Below are positions 8,555 to 18,878 of a DNA stretch of 58,712 nt, in pieces; the first letter of the stretch is position 1; each line of letters begins with the position of its first letter. The stretch is from positions 1-58,712 of IMG/VR virus record IMGVR_UViG_3300046705_000051. One strand, given 5' to 3'. Source of the stretch: a virus. Taxonomy: Duplodnaviria > Caudoviricetes. The notes below the pieces were generated by a model. That model was given only the letters and a program-made list of their open reading frames with translations, was not told the DNA's origin and made no database searches. Made by a program: the position numbers and the translations under genes.

Positions 8555-11493
8555 TGGCGTACATCGACGAAGTCCTCGCCGACAGCCCTTGGGCCTACTG
8601 GCCGTGCGACGATCCCAGCGGGTTGCCGCAGGACGCCTCAGGCAATGCGCGTCATGTGACGAACATCGGGTGGAGCACGCTGTCACCCGGTGGCCCGCCG
8701 ACATATGAGCAAACGGGAGTGCTGCCGTCATATCCGGGCATCAAGTCCATCAAGATGAACCGAAGCTGGTTCGACTTGCCGGCCCTGAACCTTCAGGACC
8801 TCGACTTTACGTTGGAATGTTGGCTGCGCGTGGACACGCTCGCCAGCAGCCTCGTGCTGTTCAGTCAGGGCGAGTTCGGTTTCACGGATTGGCTGATCTA
8901 TACGACACTGAACGCCGAGGCCGCCTCACCGGGTTCCACGCCCGGCGATGGCGGTGTGGGATTCGGGTATTGGAACGACGACCTTTGGACCGCTGCCGGG
9001 CTGGTGGCTGTTAACGATACCGTGCATTTCGTGTTCCGCCGAGACCACGCATCGGACGAATCGGCTGTCTATCTGAATGGCGTGCAGGTCGCGAGTGGGT
9101 CGCAGGGTGGTAAGGCGGTCCCGTCGACCGTGTTCGGGTTCGGCAGCCTGAGCAACATCGGCAACTTCCAGACAGTCGGCCATCTCGCGGTCTATCTCGA
9201 CGCGCTGTCCGATACACGGATCCTCGAACATTACGAGGCGGGCACGACGTTACCCGCAGAGCCGGTCCTGACCTGCGACACGAGCACACCCAGCTCGATC
9301 ACAGTCGGCATCACGCCAACGTTCGGCGCGTATGCGCACGAGATCTACGTCTCGCAGGATCCCGTGTTCGATCCGGACACGGACAGCCCACTGTTTTCCG
9401 ATGTGAGTCTCGGACCGGCACCGACCTCGTTCGAGATCACGGGTCTGGACGAGGCCGAGGACTACTACATCGTCGTGCGGTCGCTATCGAGTGGCAGCCC
9501 GGCGGTCCGCGACTCCGAGACGTTGCATTGCCAGACATCGGCCGGCGGCGCAGCTCCCGCGTTCGTGAGCGTCGTTTACATCAGCGCAACAGAGGTCGAG
9601 TTTCGGCCTGAGGTCGTTTCCGCTGCACTCGAAGTGTTCTACGAGTGGCGGCTTTCGGCCTCAGCGAGCGATTGGTCTGCCCTGATTGGTTCATCGAGCG
9701 ACACGAGCCCGAGTCGGTTTATCGGTGCCGGCACGGGAATCACGGCGGGCCAGTTGCACAAGGTTCGCGTCCGGTTCCGGTACGCGGGCGGGCTGTCCGC
9801 ATGGACCGAGACGGAGTGGCAACAGCCCAGCGCGACCGCCACATCCAGCGCAGCGATCGGTCAGTTCACGGCGCCCGGCGTGGGGTTTGTCGTCACGAGT
9901 CCCGTGGATCTCGAATGGACGCTCAATGCCGGGTGGACCGCGACCGCGCTGGAAGTCTCGCAGGACGGATCGTCCTACAGTGTGCTGACGACTACCGGGC
10001 TGGGGGCTGGGTCGTACACATTCGACCCGGCGGCGGGAAGTTACGACGAGGACGCGCTGCTGTTTTTCCGGATCGCGGCCACCGGCGGCGCGGGCACGGG
10101 CCATATCTACACTGCCGTCACGGTCGATACAGACGATAGCATCCCGGTCAAGTTCGGCCCGCATCAACCGTTCCCCATCTCGACCACGGAATGGGCTAGC
10201 GTCCAGATCATAGGGACCGGCCCGGTGTGGCTCGTGCCAGGCTCCGACCCGCACACAGGCGGCGGGATCGCGGGCAAGAACGGGACGAATGCGTACCTGG
10301 TATTTCCCAGCGTGCTCGCGCACGAAGGCGACGGGTTCGACGCTTTTGTGTCGGGTGCGGCGCTGGCATCCGGCAACGCACTGACCTGGTGGATGAACGA
10401 GGAAGTCAGTGGCTCGTTTTTCGGCCTGCGGTATGTCGATGAGAATGGCTCGGCGATCATCGAGCTATCGTTCACGTTTGACACGGTGATGCCGCTCTAC
10501 CCGACATGCCACCCGACGAACCTGCGGGGCAGTGGTAGCTGGATACTGGGCGTAAACGGCGCCGGGTCCGATGGCGGCGGAATCGCCTGTGCTGCCGGGA
10601 CGTGGTTCGGTCAACCGTGCCAGATCACGGGGATGCCGCACGCCCTCGCGCTGTCGGTGCGGCGGATCAGCGGGACCGACGATTACGACTACACGGTGCA
10701 GGTCATTGGCGACGGCTGCATTGATAGCGCGAGCGGGACACTTAGCATCCCGGGCGGGTTGCCGTGCGGCTATTGCGTGCCGTATCTCGGCCGCATCGAT
10801 TCGCAGTTCATCGGCTATCCACTGCTTACGGGTTTCTGGTGGTCGCCCGATGGCAGTCAGACGTGTTCGGCGGGCCAGCCGTCCGGGATCAGCCCTGCCA
10901 CCGCCCCGTCCGGGTGCGACGTAAACTGCCAGTGCGTCACGATCACACCGGACACGCTGGCGCTGCTTGGCGCAGATACGATCAGCTACGAGATCACGAC
11001 GGCCGATGACGAATACTTCGCCAGCCCGCTCTACGTGCGTGACTACGAGCCGGTCAACCCGATCCTGGCCGATGAGAAGTTCACGCAATGCGGCCTGCCG
11101 GCCGGCAACTACCTGGGGCGCTACATCGTCGAAACAGCCAGCGACGTGACCGAAAGCGAGCCGTGTGCGTTTTCCATCATCGAGCTGGGGATCAGCGTAT
11201 GGGCCGGCTGGCGCACGGCGGCCGACTTCGCCGGCTCCGACCCGGTCGCGGACTTCAGCTATGCCGTCGTGAGTGGTGCGCTCGTCCAGTTCACGGACGC
11301 CAGCTATGACATGGACGGCACGATCGAGGCGTGGCTGTGGCAGTTCAAGGACGAGAACGGAACGATCCTCGCGACCTCGACGGACCAGAACCCGTCCTAT
11401 GATTTCGGCTCGATTGCGACGTACCAGGTCACGTTGACGGTGCAGGATGACGATCTGCACACGGATAGCATCACCGAAACGGTGTCGCTGTGA
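8554..11493 (+). CDS. Tail-associated protein: N-terminal LamG/ConA-like domain, FN3-like repeats, C-terminal PKD domain
   Basis: VLADSPWAYW, FTLECW, VYLNG, LAVYLDALSDTRILEHY; PVADFSY...VQFTDASYDMDGTIEAWLWQF...YQVTLTVQDD. Confidence 0.8.
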   Translation: MAYIDEVLADSPWAYWPCDDPSGLPQDASGNARHVTNIGWSTLSPGGPPTYEQTGVLPSYPGIKSIKMNRSWFDLPALNLQDLDFTLECWLRVDTLASSLVLFSQGEFGFTDWLIYTTLNAEAASPGSTPGDGGVGFGYWNDDLWTAAGLVAVNDTVHFVFRRDHASDESAVYLNGVQVASGSQGGKAVPSTVFGFGSLSNIGNFQTVGHLAVYLDALSDTRILEHYEAGTTLPAEPVLTCDTSTPSSITVGITPTFGAYAHEIYVSQDPVFDPDTDSPLFSDVSLGPAPTSFEITGLDEAEDYYIVVRSLSSGSPAVRDSETLHCQTSAGGAAPAFVSVVYISATEVEFRPEVVSAALEVFYEWRLSASASDWSALIGSSSDTSPSRFIGAGTGITAGQLHKVRVRFRYAGGLSAWTETEWQQPSATATSSAAIGQFTAPGVGFVVTSPVDLEWTLNAGWTATALEVSQDGSSYSVLTTTGLGAGSYTFDPAAGSYDEDALLFFRIAATGGAGTGHIYTAVTVDTDDSIPVKFGPHQPFPISTTEWASVQIIGTGPVWLVPGSDPHTGGGIAGKNGTNAYLVFPSVLAHEGDGFDAFVSGAALASGNALTWWMNEEVSGSFFGLRYVDENGSAIIELSFTFDTVMPLYPTCHPTNLRGSGSWILGVNGAGSDGGGIACAAGTWFGQPCQITGMPHALALSVRRISGTDDYDYTVQVIGDGCIDSASGTLSIPGGLPCGYCVPYLGRIDSQFIGYPLLTGFWWSPDGSQTCSAGQPSGISPATAPSGCDVNCQCVTITPDTLALLGADTISYEITTADDEYFASPLYVRDYEPVNPILADEKFTQCGLPAGNYLGRYIVETASDVTESEPCAFSIIELGISVWAGWRTAADFAGSDPVADFSYAVVSGALVQFTDASYDMDGTIEAWLWQFKDENGTILATSTDQNPSYDFGSIATYQVTLTVQDDDLHTDSITETVSL

Positions 11494-12407
11494 GCGCGCC
11501 CACGCTCGGCACGATCTTCGTCGATACCGACCTGTCGGTTGCGGTGCCCGTGGACGCGATGGCCGAGAATCCGGGCGTACGTGTGGACTACGCGGTCGGT
11601 GGTGAACCGCCGGAGGTGTCGCTGTCGTGGCAGGAAGCGGGCACGGTCAATACGCCCGGCACGGTCAACACACCGCCGCAGTTCCGCGGGAGTACCGTCT
11701 GGGTCCGCGGCGTTGGCGTGCTGGCCGATGGCGAGCAATCGAGCGGCTTCACGACGCCGGTTTCCATCGACATCGACAGTCAGCCCGGCTTCGACAGCCT
11801 GAGCGTCACGCTCGCGAACCGCCGGCCGGTCGTCACATGGGCGGGCAATGCGGACGCGGTGGGCGTGCGTGTGCAGTGGGTTGTCCACGACTCGGGCGAG
11901 GCCGCGCCGACGTTCACCGACTCGGCTGATATTGAGGAGGTCTACGCAGAGTACGAAATTGACGTGACGCTGGAACTGGGCCAGTCGATCACGATCGAGG
12001 TATCGGCGTGGTCCGCGTTCAGCAGCGGTGCGGTGGCTGGCGATGAGGGCGAGTCGGTCACGTCGACGTTGACGGCCACCCCATTCGCGGCATCGCCGGT
12101 CGATGTGCGGCTGATCGAGTCCAACGAGTACACACTGACGGCGAGCGACGGCAATGCGTACCTGCGGTGCAGCGATCCGACCGGGTTCACGTTGACGGTC
12201 CCGCTGCACGCGGACGTTCCGCTAGCCGTGGGCGTGCGGATCCATGTCGAACAGACGGACACCGGGCCGGTCGAGGTTGTGGGCGATTCGGGCGTCGTGG
12301 TCAACGCGCTGGATGGCCTGCTTACGACCAGCGGGCAATACGCGGTCGCGACACTGACGAAGGTCGCGACCAACGAATGGACGATCAGCGGGGACCTGGT
12401 GAGCTGA
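11490..12407 (+). CDS. Minor tail protein
   Basis: C-terminal YTLTASD...TLTVP...GQYAVATLTKVATNEWTISGDL domain typical of phage tail proteins. Confidence 0.65.
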   Translation: MSAPTLGTIFVDTDLSVAVPVDAMAENPGVRVDYAVGGEPPEVSLSWQEAGTVNTPGTVNTPPQFRGSTVWVRGVGVLADGEQSSGFTTPVSIDIDSQPGFDSLSVTLANRRPVVTWAGNADAVGVRVQWVVHDSGEAAPTFTDSADIEEVYAEYEIDVTLELGQSITIEVSAWSAFSSGAVAGDEGESVTSTLTATPFAASPVDVRLIESNEYTLTASDGNAYLRCSDPTGFTLTVPLHADVPLAVGVRIHVEQTDTGPVEVVGDSGVVVNALDGLLTTSGQYAVATLTKVATNEWTISGDLVS

Positions 12408-12571
12408 TGGGCTGCGGATGCGCGAAGCGAGCCGCGAAGCTGCTTGAAGCGGCGGACACGCGGAGCATCAAGGTACCACGGCCTGTGCGTTCGTTCTTGG
12501 AGCGCAAGGCGAGCACGGCCACGCGGTCCGAGGTCGTGAAGCGGGCCAAGCGGTTGAGGCGGGCGACATGA
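12407..12571 (+). CDS. Small basic protein (MGCGC start)
   Basis: TGATG coupling; MGCGCAKR. Confidence 0.5.
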   Translation: MGCGCAKRAAKLLEAADTRSIKVPRPVRSFLERKASTATRSEVVKRAKRLRRAT

Positions 12572-12608
12572 ACATCACACTGCATCTCGCGTTCTGAGGG
12601 ATACGACT

Positions 12609-13319
12609 ATGGCCTTCCAGTGTCCGGTCTGCGGTGACGATCACCCAACCGCCGTAGCGGTCGTCCAGGTTCGCGGCGCGCGCAAGCTTGCGGACCTGCC
12701 ACCGATGACGGTCGCGGAGTTCGTGGCGGCGTACCCGACCTACAGCGTCGATGTCAATCATGCCCGGAAGCCGCCCGCGATCCACATTGCCGCGAATGGC
12801 GAGCCCGGCCAGCTCATAATGGCGACGCTCGAAGACGAGCGGCTGCACCCCGGCAACTATCCGGTGCGGCTGCCGGATGGAACGTGGGTCACCGTCAACG
12901 GCGTGTTCAAGCTCGGGCGAGCCGTGCAGGACTTCGAGCGGTCGCGCGGAACGGCGGCGGCCCGCTTCTTCGTCGGCCGGTCTACGGTCGGACTCGACCC
13001 GCTGCTGATCGACGCGCTGATCCGTCCAGCATCGCCCGTGGTAGCCGACGCGGTGAAGGCCCGCAACGCGGCGTTTGCTGCTGCGCAGGAAGCCGCGAAG
13101 GGATCAGCCGATCCGGCGCTCACGAAGGCCGCTCGCGAGGCCGAAGTCGAGGCCATGGCGCCGCCGTTCCCGGTGACTGAGTACGAAGAAATCGAGTGGC
13201 CAGCGGGCGAGGTGCTGAAGGTGCCCGTGCGATTCACATTCTCGGACGGCACGGTTCGCACGGCGCAGGACTTCGCCGATGAGGAGAACACTGTCCATCG
13301 CGCGAGGCTGAGGCTCTAG
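12609..13319 (+). CDS. Hypothetical protein
   Basis: GAGGG RBS; N-terminal CPVC; 236 aa. Confidence 0.6.
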   Translation: MAFQCPVCGDDHPTAVAVVQVRGARKLADLPPMTVAEFVAAYPTYSVDVNHARKPPAIHIAANGEPGQLIMATLEDERLHPGNYPVRLPDGTWVTVNGVFKLGRAVQDFERSRGTAAARFFVGRSTVGLDPLLIDALIRPASPVVADAVKARNAAFAAAQEAAKGSADPALTKAAREAEVEAMAPPFPVTEYEEIEWPAGEVLKVPVRFTFSDGTVRTAQDFADEENTVHRARLRL

Positions 13320-13320
13320 C

Positions 13321-15042
13321 ATGGCGACGTTTACGGCTGAGGCCAACGGTGCGATGAACGATGACGCCACATGGGCGGGCGCGGGCGTGCCCGGCGTCAG
13401 CGACCAGACCGTGAACAATGGCTTCGTCGTCACTGTCACCGCGAACCATCTGACGGATGGCACAGGCGGCCACGATGTCGGCTCTGGCGGCGTCATGGAG
13501 GGCGATGCCGGGATCACGTTGCGCGCGGGCGGCGGTCGGATGGAACTCGTGGGCACGGCCATCCTGCGTCACAGCGGCACCGGCTCGGGTGCGTTCCTCG
13601 TTAGCCAGTTGGCGGGCCAGATCATCGTCGCCAACGGTACGGACGAGGATAACCGCGTGCAGATTCTCGGCGAGGACGCGACGAATCACATTCGGTTCGA
13701 CGCGGGCCACACGAACGACGGGACCGGCCGCATCCAGTTGGACCTCTGCCACATGGAGTTCGTCGGCAACGCCTCGAACGCGCTGTGCAAGTCGTACCTC
13801 GCATCGTCGGCGCGCGAAGCGTTCATCACGAATACGACCGCCGAGAATTGCGGCGAGTGGGAGATCGACGCGGTGTTGCACGGCGAGGCGATTTTCCGAT
13901 TCAACAACAACAACTTTTCCAGTCATGCGGGCGCGGGCATTATCCAGATCAACGACAACCCGGCCGCGCTCACGACTGGCGTGCGGGAAGTTCTGGACAA
14001 CTACACCGACAAGCCGCTGCCTGCGGCGGAATCCGCCGGGCAGAACTTCCGCGATTTCACGTTTAGCGGGAGTGTTGCGATCGGCGCGATGTCCATGCTC
14101 TCGGGCGGCAGCCCGCCCGCCGAAGTCAGCGGCAACCTGTTCGTCAAGGACACACAGCCGCGCCACATCTGGGCCGCGCCGTTCACGGGCAACTACTTCC
14201 TACAGGAGCCGATCGACAACGCGCATTTCTTGGGGATGGTCTCGACGGTCACCGGCACGTACGCGATCACGGGCAACATCTTCGAGGATCTGGGCACGTT
14301 CGGCAACGGCGACGGGTTCTTGATCCCATCGGGCGCGGGCGTCGCGCACTTCGATGTCGACTACAACATCGCTGGCCAGAACCCATCTGGCGGGATCTCC
14401 TGCACGATCGTCAGCGCGCTAGGCCATACAGACAAGACCTTCCGCGCGAGACACAACTCGTTCCAGACGGCCTCCGGCGCGGTCGGCATTCAGGGCGGCG
14501 AAACGGTCGCGCTCGACGCGGACACCTGCACCGGTGTCTACAGTAACCTTGCGGTCGGGCCGGCTGTCACGGGGCTTGTAGTTGGGTCGGCTGGCGCACC
14601 GGCCGATGGCTACTACTCGGAAGCCGACTTCAACCTCGGGTGGAGCACGACCGGCGCGGCGTTCACCGACAATTACGGCGCTTTGGCGGACGCGAAGTTT
14701 GGCGTCTCGCCACCCGGAGCGAATGACGTAAACGTCGACCCGCAGCTCGTTGACGTGACGGTCAACTTTGCGGCGTGGGATGCGAGTCTCGGCGGTCCCG
14801 GCACGTACGCGAACGGGATGGCCGAACTCGCGCTGATGAACACCGCCGCGCACGACCCAAACTACACGCCGGCTGCCGCGATTGCGTTTTACAAGTCCAA
14901 GTGGGCGCCACAGAACTCAGTCGTCCAGAACGCCGGCCACGACGGCGTAACGATTGGCGCGGTTGAGTTCCTTGCCCCAGCAGCTACCGGCCACGGCCCG
15001 CTGATCGGCGGCCAGCGCAATCACCTAGTGAGGGCAGCATGA
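13321..15042 (+). CDS. G8-like/right-handed beta-helix protein (possible tailspike or adhesin)
   Basis: N-terminal G-x-x-N-D-x-x-TW-x-G-x-x-VP; repeated GN-x-F/NN-x-F strands; IGAVEF near the C-terminus. Confidence 0.55.
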   Translation: MATFTAEANGAMNDDATWAGAGVPGVSDQTVNNGFVVTVTANHLTDGTGGHDVGSGGVMEGDAGITLRAGGGRMELVGTAILRHSGTGSGAFLVSQLAGQIIVANGTDEDNRVQILGEDATNHIRFDAGHTNDGTGRIQLDLCHMEFVGNASNALCKSYLASSAREAFITNTTAENCGEWEIDAVLHGEAIFRFNNNNFSSHAGAGIIQINDNPAALTTGVREVLDNYTDKPLPAAESAGQNFRDFTFSGSVAIGAMSMLSGGSPPAEVSGNLFVKDTQPRHIWAAPFTGNYFLQEPIDNAHFLGMVSTVTGTYAITGNIFEDLGTFGNGDGFLIPSGAGVAHFDVDYNIAGQNPSGGISCTIVSALGHTDKTFRARHNSFQTASGAVGIQGGETVALDADTCTGVYSNLAVGPAVTGLVVGSAGAPADGYYSEADFNLGWSTTGAAFTDNYGALADAKFGVSPPGANDVNVDPQLVDVTVNFAAWDASLGGPGTYANGMAELALMNTAAHDPNYTPAAAIAFYKSKWAPQNSVVQNAGHDGVTIGAVEFLAPAATGHGPLIGGQRNHLVRAA

Positions 15043-15596
15043 ACCTCGGGGACTTTCAGGCAGGCGCGACCTTTGACGCCAAGTTCGTCACGGTCGACGG
15101 GACCGGCGAACCGACCGTGCTGTCCGGCTCGCCCGCCATCAGCGTCTACAAGGACAACGATACCACGCAGACGACGACGGGCGTCACGCTGTCGGTAGAC
15201 TTTGATTCGGTGGTCGGGCTGAACCACGTCCGCATCGTCACGACAGACGCCTTCTACACGCCCGGCAGCAACTTCCAGGCGGTCATCACAACCGGCACCG
15301 TGGACGGCGTGTCCGTGGTCGGCTACGTGGTCGCGACGTTCAGCATTGAGGCGCGGCCACCGGCTGGCGTGGTGCTGGGCGTGGCTGAGGCGGGCACGCT
15401 GTCGGTCACGCAGATGACGACGGATCTGGGCGAAGCGACGGCGGACCACTATGCCGGCCGGAGTCTGGTGTGGCTGGATGGCGCGCTAGCGGGACAGGCT
15501 ACCCGGATCACGGCGTACTCTGGCACGGGTGGCCTGCTGACGTACGTCGAGGTCACGGACGCGCCGTCAGCGGCCGACCGCTTCGTGATAGTGTGA
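15039..15596 (+). CDS. Virion structural protein (hypothetical)
   Basis: Beta-rich; ends APSAADRFVIV; coupled. Confidence 0.55.
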   Translation: MNLGDFQAGATFDAKFVTVDGTGEPTVLSGSPAISVYKDNDTTQTTTGVTLSVDFDSVVGLNHVRIVTTDAFYTPGSNFQAVITTGTVDGVSVVGYVVATFSIEARPPAGVVLGVAEAGTLSVTQMTTDLGEATADHYAGRSLVWLDGALAGQATRITAYSGTGGLLTYVEVTDAPSAADRFVIV

Positions 15597-15599
15597 TGA

Positions 15600-17858
15600 A
15601 TGGCTGAAACCTGGTATCTGCGGACAGGCACAGGCGAGGCGTGCGGACCGGGCACGCGTCGACCACTCAGCACGTCCGCAGGTACCACGGCCGCGACCGA
15701 AGATGTGACATCCGAGCACACGTGGAACCGCGTCGAGACAGCACGCTCGATTGTCACAGGTGACTGGTCGGTCACGCTGGATGTAACGACAGGCGCGGGC
15801 GGTGGTACGCCGAACCGGGTCACGGCTGTCGTCGAGCGGCGCAACAGTTCGTGCGTTGTGCAGGAAACGCTGCTGTCCGTCCAGTCCGGTAACCTCGGAG
15901 CCGGGACCACACAGGAGGTCACGCTCACGGCGACGGGCGTCGCACAAGTGGACTTCGACGCGGACGACATTCTGACTGTGCGCGTCGTGCGATCGCAGGG
16001 TGGCCGGACGCAAGTGGTCCGCTTCGACGACGACCCGACGACGGATGCGGATTCGCGACTGGTCACGCCGGCTGCCGAGATCCCGACCGACACAATGGCC
16101 GGTGCTGGCGTGGGCGTGGTGGCGACGGCCCTTAAGATCGCTGCCATCTCGATCACGGCCGGGCTCGGCATGGCGGGCGATGCTTCGGCGTCCCGCGTGG
16201 CGACGACCTCTGTCGTGGCTGCGATTGGCGTTGCGGCTGAGACAAGCCCATTCGAGTTGCTCGAACACACCGAGATGGGCCTGTACGGCGGTCCGCGTGC
16301 CGTACAGGTGTTTACGCCGAAGGCCGGCATGCGGTTCGCCGACGCGATTGCCGGAGCCGGGATCGGTGCGACTGCCAGCACGACCGCCATCCGGCCGGTT
16401 TCGATCACGGCCGGGCTAGGCGTGGGCGCGACGGTCAGCGAGACGAAGGTCGGGCTTGCGTCGATCGTCGCCGGGCTCGGTGTTGCGGCGGACGTGACCG
16501 GAACCAAGGTCGGGGAGACCGTAGTCGATGCCGGGTTCGGCATGGCCGCGGCCGTGGCCGTCACAAAGGTGGCGACCTCGGACGTGGCGGCTGGCATTGG
16601 CATCGGTGCGGATGCAGCCGCCTCAAAGATGGCCGCCACGAATGCGGTTGCGGGTCTGGGTGTCGGTGCGGAGCTGGTGCTCGGTGACGAGCCGACAGCG
16701 AGCGTTGCGGCCGGACTCGGAATGGGCGTCACGCTATCGGCGGCGACTACCCGGCTCGCGTCTGTCGAGGCGGGCGCAGGTATTGGCGCAAGCGTCGCGA
16801 CGACGAAGCAGGCCACCACGGACGTAGCTGCCGGGTTTGGCGTGGGTGCCAACCTGGCGACGGCCCGCACATCGGATGCGTCTGTCGCGGCTGGCGCCGG
16901 GATAGGCGCTATGGTATCGACGCTGCGGGTTGCGACAGTCGACGTGATTGCCGGCATCGGCGTGGGTGCCAGCGGATCGACCACGAAGATCGTGGCGACA
17001 GACGCCGTGGCCGGTCTGGGTGCGGCCGCTGACGTCAGCACACTGACGATACGGTCGATAGACGTAGCGGCCCGGCTCGGTGCGGGCGCCGATCTGTCGA
17101 CAGCAGCGGTCCGCGCCACCGATACCATCGCGGCGCTCGGCGCTGGCGCTCGACTGGACGTGAGCGACGAGCCGAAGGCCAGCGTGGCGGCCGGGCTCGG
17201 CGTCGGCGCAACAGTCACGGTCACAGCGATACACACGACGGATGTTGCGGCCGGGATCGGCATCGGTGCCAGCGCGACCATGCTGCGTACCAGCAGCACG
17301 GATGTCGTGGCGGGCCTCGGGCTGGGCGCCGCGGTGGATGAAAGCGCGCAGACGAGGACCGACGTCATCGCGGGCGCGGGTCTAAGCGGAACGATAGACA
17401 CCGTTGCTGTGCGCCAGACGGCGGCCACCGCGGGGGCGGGTGTCGGCGCCACGGTCAATGTCACGGCAATACGTCAGACGAACGTGGCGGCCGGGATCGG
17501 CGTCGGTGCGTCGGTCGATAATCCGTCGCTGCCGCGCACCAGTGCCATCGCAGGCATCGGCATCGGCGGTCAGGTCGAAACGTCGACTATCCGCACGACC
17601 TCGGTCATTGCGGGCATCGGCGTTGGCGCGACTATCACGGCGGGCTCCACTCGATCCGTTAGCTTTATGGCGGCGTTCGGTGTGGGTGTATCTGCTGACA
17701 CGGCGGCGAATCCAGTCGACCACCCGCCGCCGTACAGTGCGACACTGACGGTGACGCCAGCAATGAACGCGACTCTATCCGTGCGGATGGCGCAAGGAGC
17801 GTCTATGTCTGTTGGGCCGGCAATGACGGGCGGAATCGCCGTATTGCCCGAGGAGTAA
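15600..17858 (+). CDS. Repetitive fibre-like protein with ~20-aa AG-x-G-x-G-A repeats
   Basis: More than 25 periodic AG(I/L/A)G(V/I)GA units after a ~160-aa N-terminal domain. Confidence 0.7.
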   Translation: MAETWYLRTGTGEACGPGTRRPLSTSAGTTAATEDVTSEHTWNRVETARSIVTGDWSVTLDVTTGAGGGTPNRVTAVVERRNSSCVVQETLLSVQSGNLGAGTTQEVTLTATGVAQVDFDADDILTVRVVRSQGGRTQVVRFDDDPTTDADSRLVTPAAEIPTDTMAGAGVGVVATALKIAAISITAGLGMAGDASASRVATTSVVAAIGVAAETSPFELLEHTEMGLYGGPRAVQVFTPKAGMRFADAIAGAGIGATASTTAIRPVSITAGLGVGATVSETKVGLASIVAGLGVAADVTGTKVGETVVDAGFGMAAAVAVTKVATSDVAAGIGIGADAAASKMAATNAVAGLGVGAELVLGDEPTASVAAGLGMGVTLSAATTRLASVEAGAGIGASVATTKQATTDVAAGFGVGANLATARTSDASVAAGAGIGAMVSTLRVATVDVIAGIGVGASGSTTKIVATDAVAGLGAAADVSTLTIRSIDVAARLGAGADLSTAAVRATDTIAALGAGARLDVSDEPKASVAAGLGVGATVTVTAIHTTDVAAGIGIGASATMLRTSSTDVVAGLGLGAAVDESAQTRTDVIAGAGLSGTIDTVAVRQTAATAGAGVGATVNVTAIRQTNVAAGIGVGASVDNPSLPRTSAIAGIGIGGQVETSTIRTTSVIAGIGVGATITAGSTRSVSFMAAFGVGVSADTAANPVDHPPPYSATLTVTPAMNATLSVRMAQGASMSVGPAMTGGIAVLPEE

Positions 17859-17881
17859 CCTCACACTACCGGAGGGGCAAA

Positions 17882-18472
17882 ATGTTTCTGGTCGATGCAG
17901 CACTCAACGCCGCGGCGGACGCTGTGGCAGATCTGGCTGACTTCCTGTCGGTGCACTCGGCGTTCAGCACGTCGGGCGCGAACGAGGACACGGGCGGGAG
18001 CTACGCGCGAGAGGCCGCGACATGGAACGCGGCATCGTCGTTGCAGGCCACACTGAACGGCGACGTGGACATCACCGTGAACGCGGGAACGTGGAAGTAT
18101 GTCGGGTTCCAGTCGCTGGCGACGGGCGGCACGTTCTACGGGATGTTCCCGATCGGCTCGACTGGCTTCAAGAAGGTCTACGCCATCGCGTCGACGGACA
18201 CGATCCACAGTGAGGCGCACGGATTCAGCGACGGCGACATCGTCGTGTTCTTCGGCGACGCGCTGCCGGGCGGGATCACGCAGGGGACGGAGTACACGGT
18301 CGACAACGCAGCCACGGATACGTTCACGCTCGACGATGGCGGCGCGGTCACGATCACGGATGAGGGCTTCGGCGTCGTGAGCAAGCTGGTCGCGGAAGTG
18401 TTCGGGTCCAGCGGCGTTCTGCGCGTCAACGGCACCACCTCGCTCATCAGTGCGGGCGGACTGAGGACCTGA
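17882..18472 (+). CDS. Virion structural protein (hypothetical)
   Basis: GGAGG RBS; SVHSA...GANEDTGGSYAR motif seen in phage tail accessory proteins. Confidence 0.6.
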   Translation: MFLVDAALNAAADAVADLADFLSVHSAFSTSGANEDTGGSYAREAATWNAASSLQATLNGDVDITVNAGTWKYVGFQSLATGGTFYGMFPIGSTGFKKVYAIASTDTIHSEAHGFSDGDIVVFFGDALPGGITQGTEYTVDNAATDTFTLDDGGAVTITDEGFGVVSKLVAEVFGSSGVLRVNGTTSLISAGGLRT

Positions 18473-18795
18473 TGTCAGTCAGCGCGTGGTTCGAGGGCAA
18501 CGACATGATCGTCGAGCTGCCACCGCTGGACGCCAACGGCGTGGCCGTCGAGAGCGCGACGGTCACGCTCACCATGCAGCAGCTCGACAAGACGGAGGTC
18601 GAGGCGGTCACGCTGGTCTGGCCGCTGGCGATGCCGGAGGTCAGCGCGGGCGTCTACCGCGTCATAATCGATCGGCTCGAACTCGACGTCGCCATCGGCC
18701 AGCTGATACGGGCGGTCGTCGATCTGGATGACGGTGCTGGCACGCAACAGCAATGGATCAAGGTGCTCAGGGTGCAGGAGCGCGCTCCGACCTAG
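18472..18795 (+). CDS. Small BppU-like structural protein
   Basis: Beta-rich, 107 aa, coupled. Confidence 0.45.
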   Translation: MSVSAWFEGNDMIVELPPLDANGVAVESATVTLTMQQLDKTEVEAVTLVWPLAMPEVSAGVYRVIIDRLELDVAIGQLIRAVVDLDDGAGTQQQWIKVLRVQERAPT

Positions 18796-18878
18796 AGAGG
18801 GGTGCCACGTGAAACACGTTCCGGTAGTCGCCGCGACGCTCGCGGCTGGTGGCGGGGGCGCAACGCTAAGGGGGACTG

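Noticed and set aside
15449-17464. Long minus-strand ORFs (this one, 26769-28421, 27539-29236, 47764-49212 and similar)
   Set aside because: They are shadow frames of GC-rich + strand genes with no recognisable motifs.
8554-17858. Diversity-generating retroelement acting on tail adhesins
   Set aside because: No reverse transcriptase and no TR/VR repeat pair seen.
18809-18878. Signal-peptide-like MKHVPVVAATLAAGG upstream of the 18879 gene
   Set aside because: Out of frame with that gene, which has an in-frame stop just upstream and its own RBS; insufficient support.
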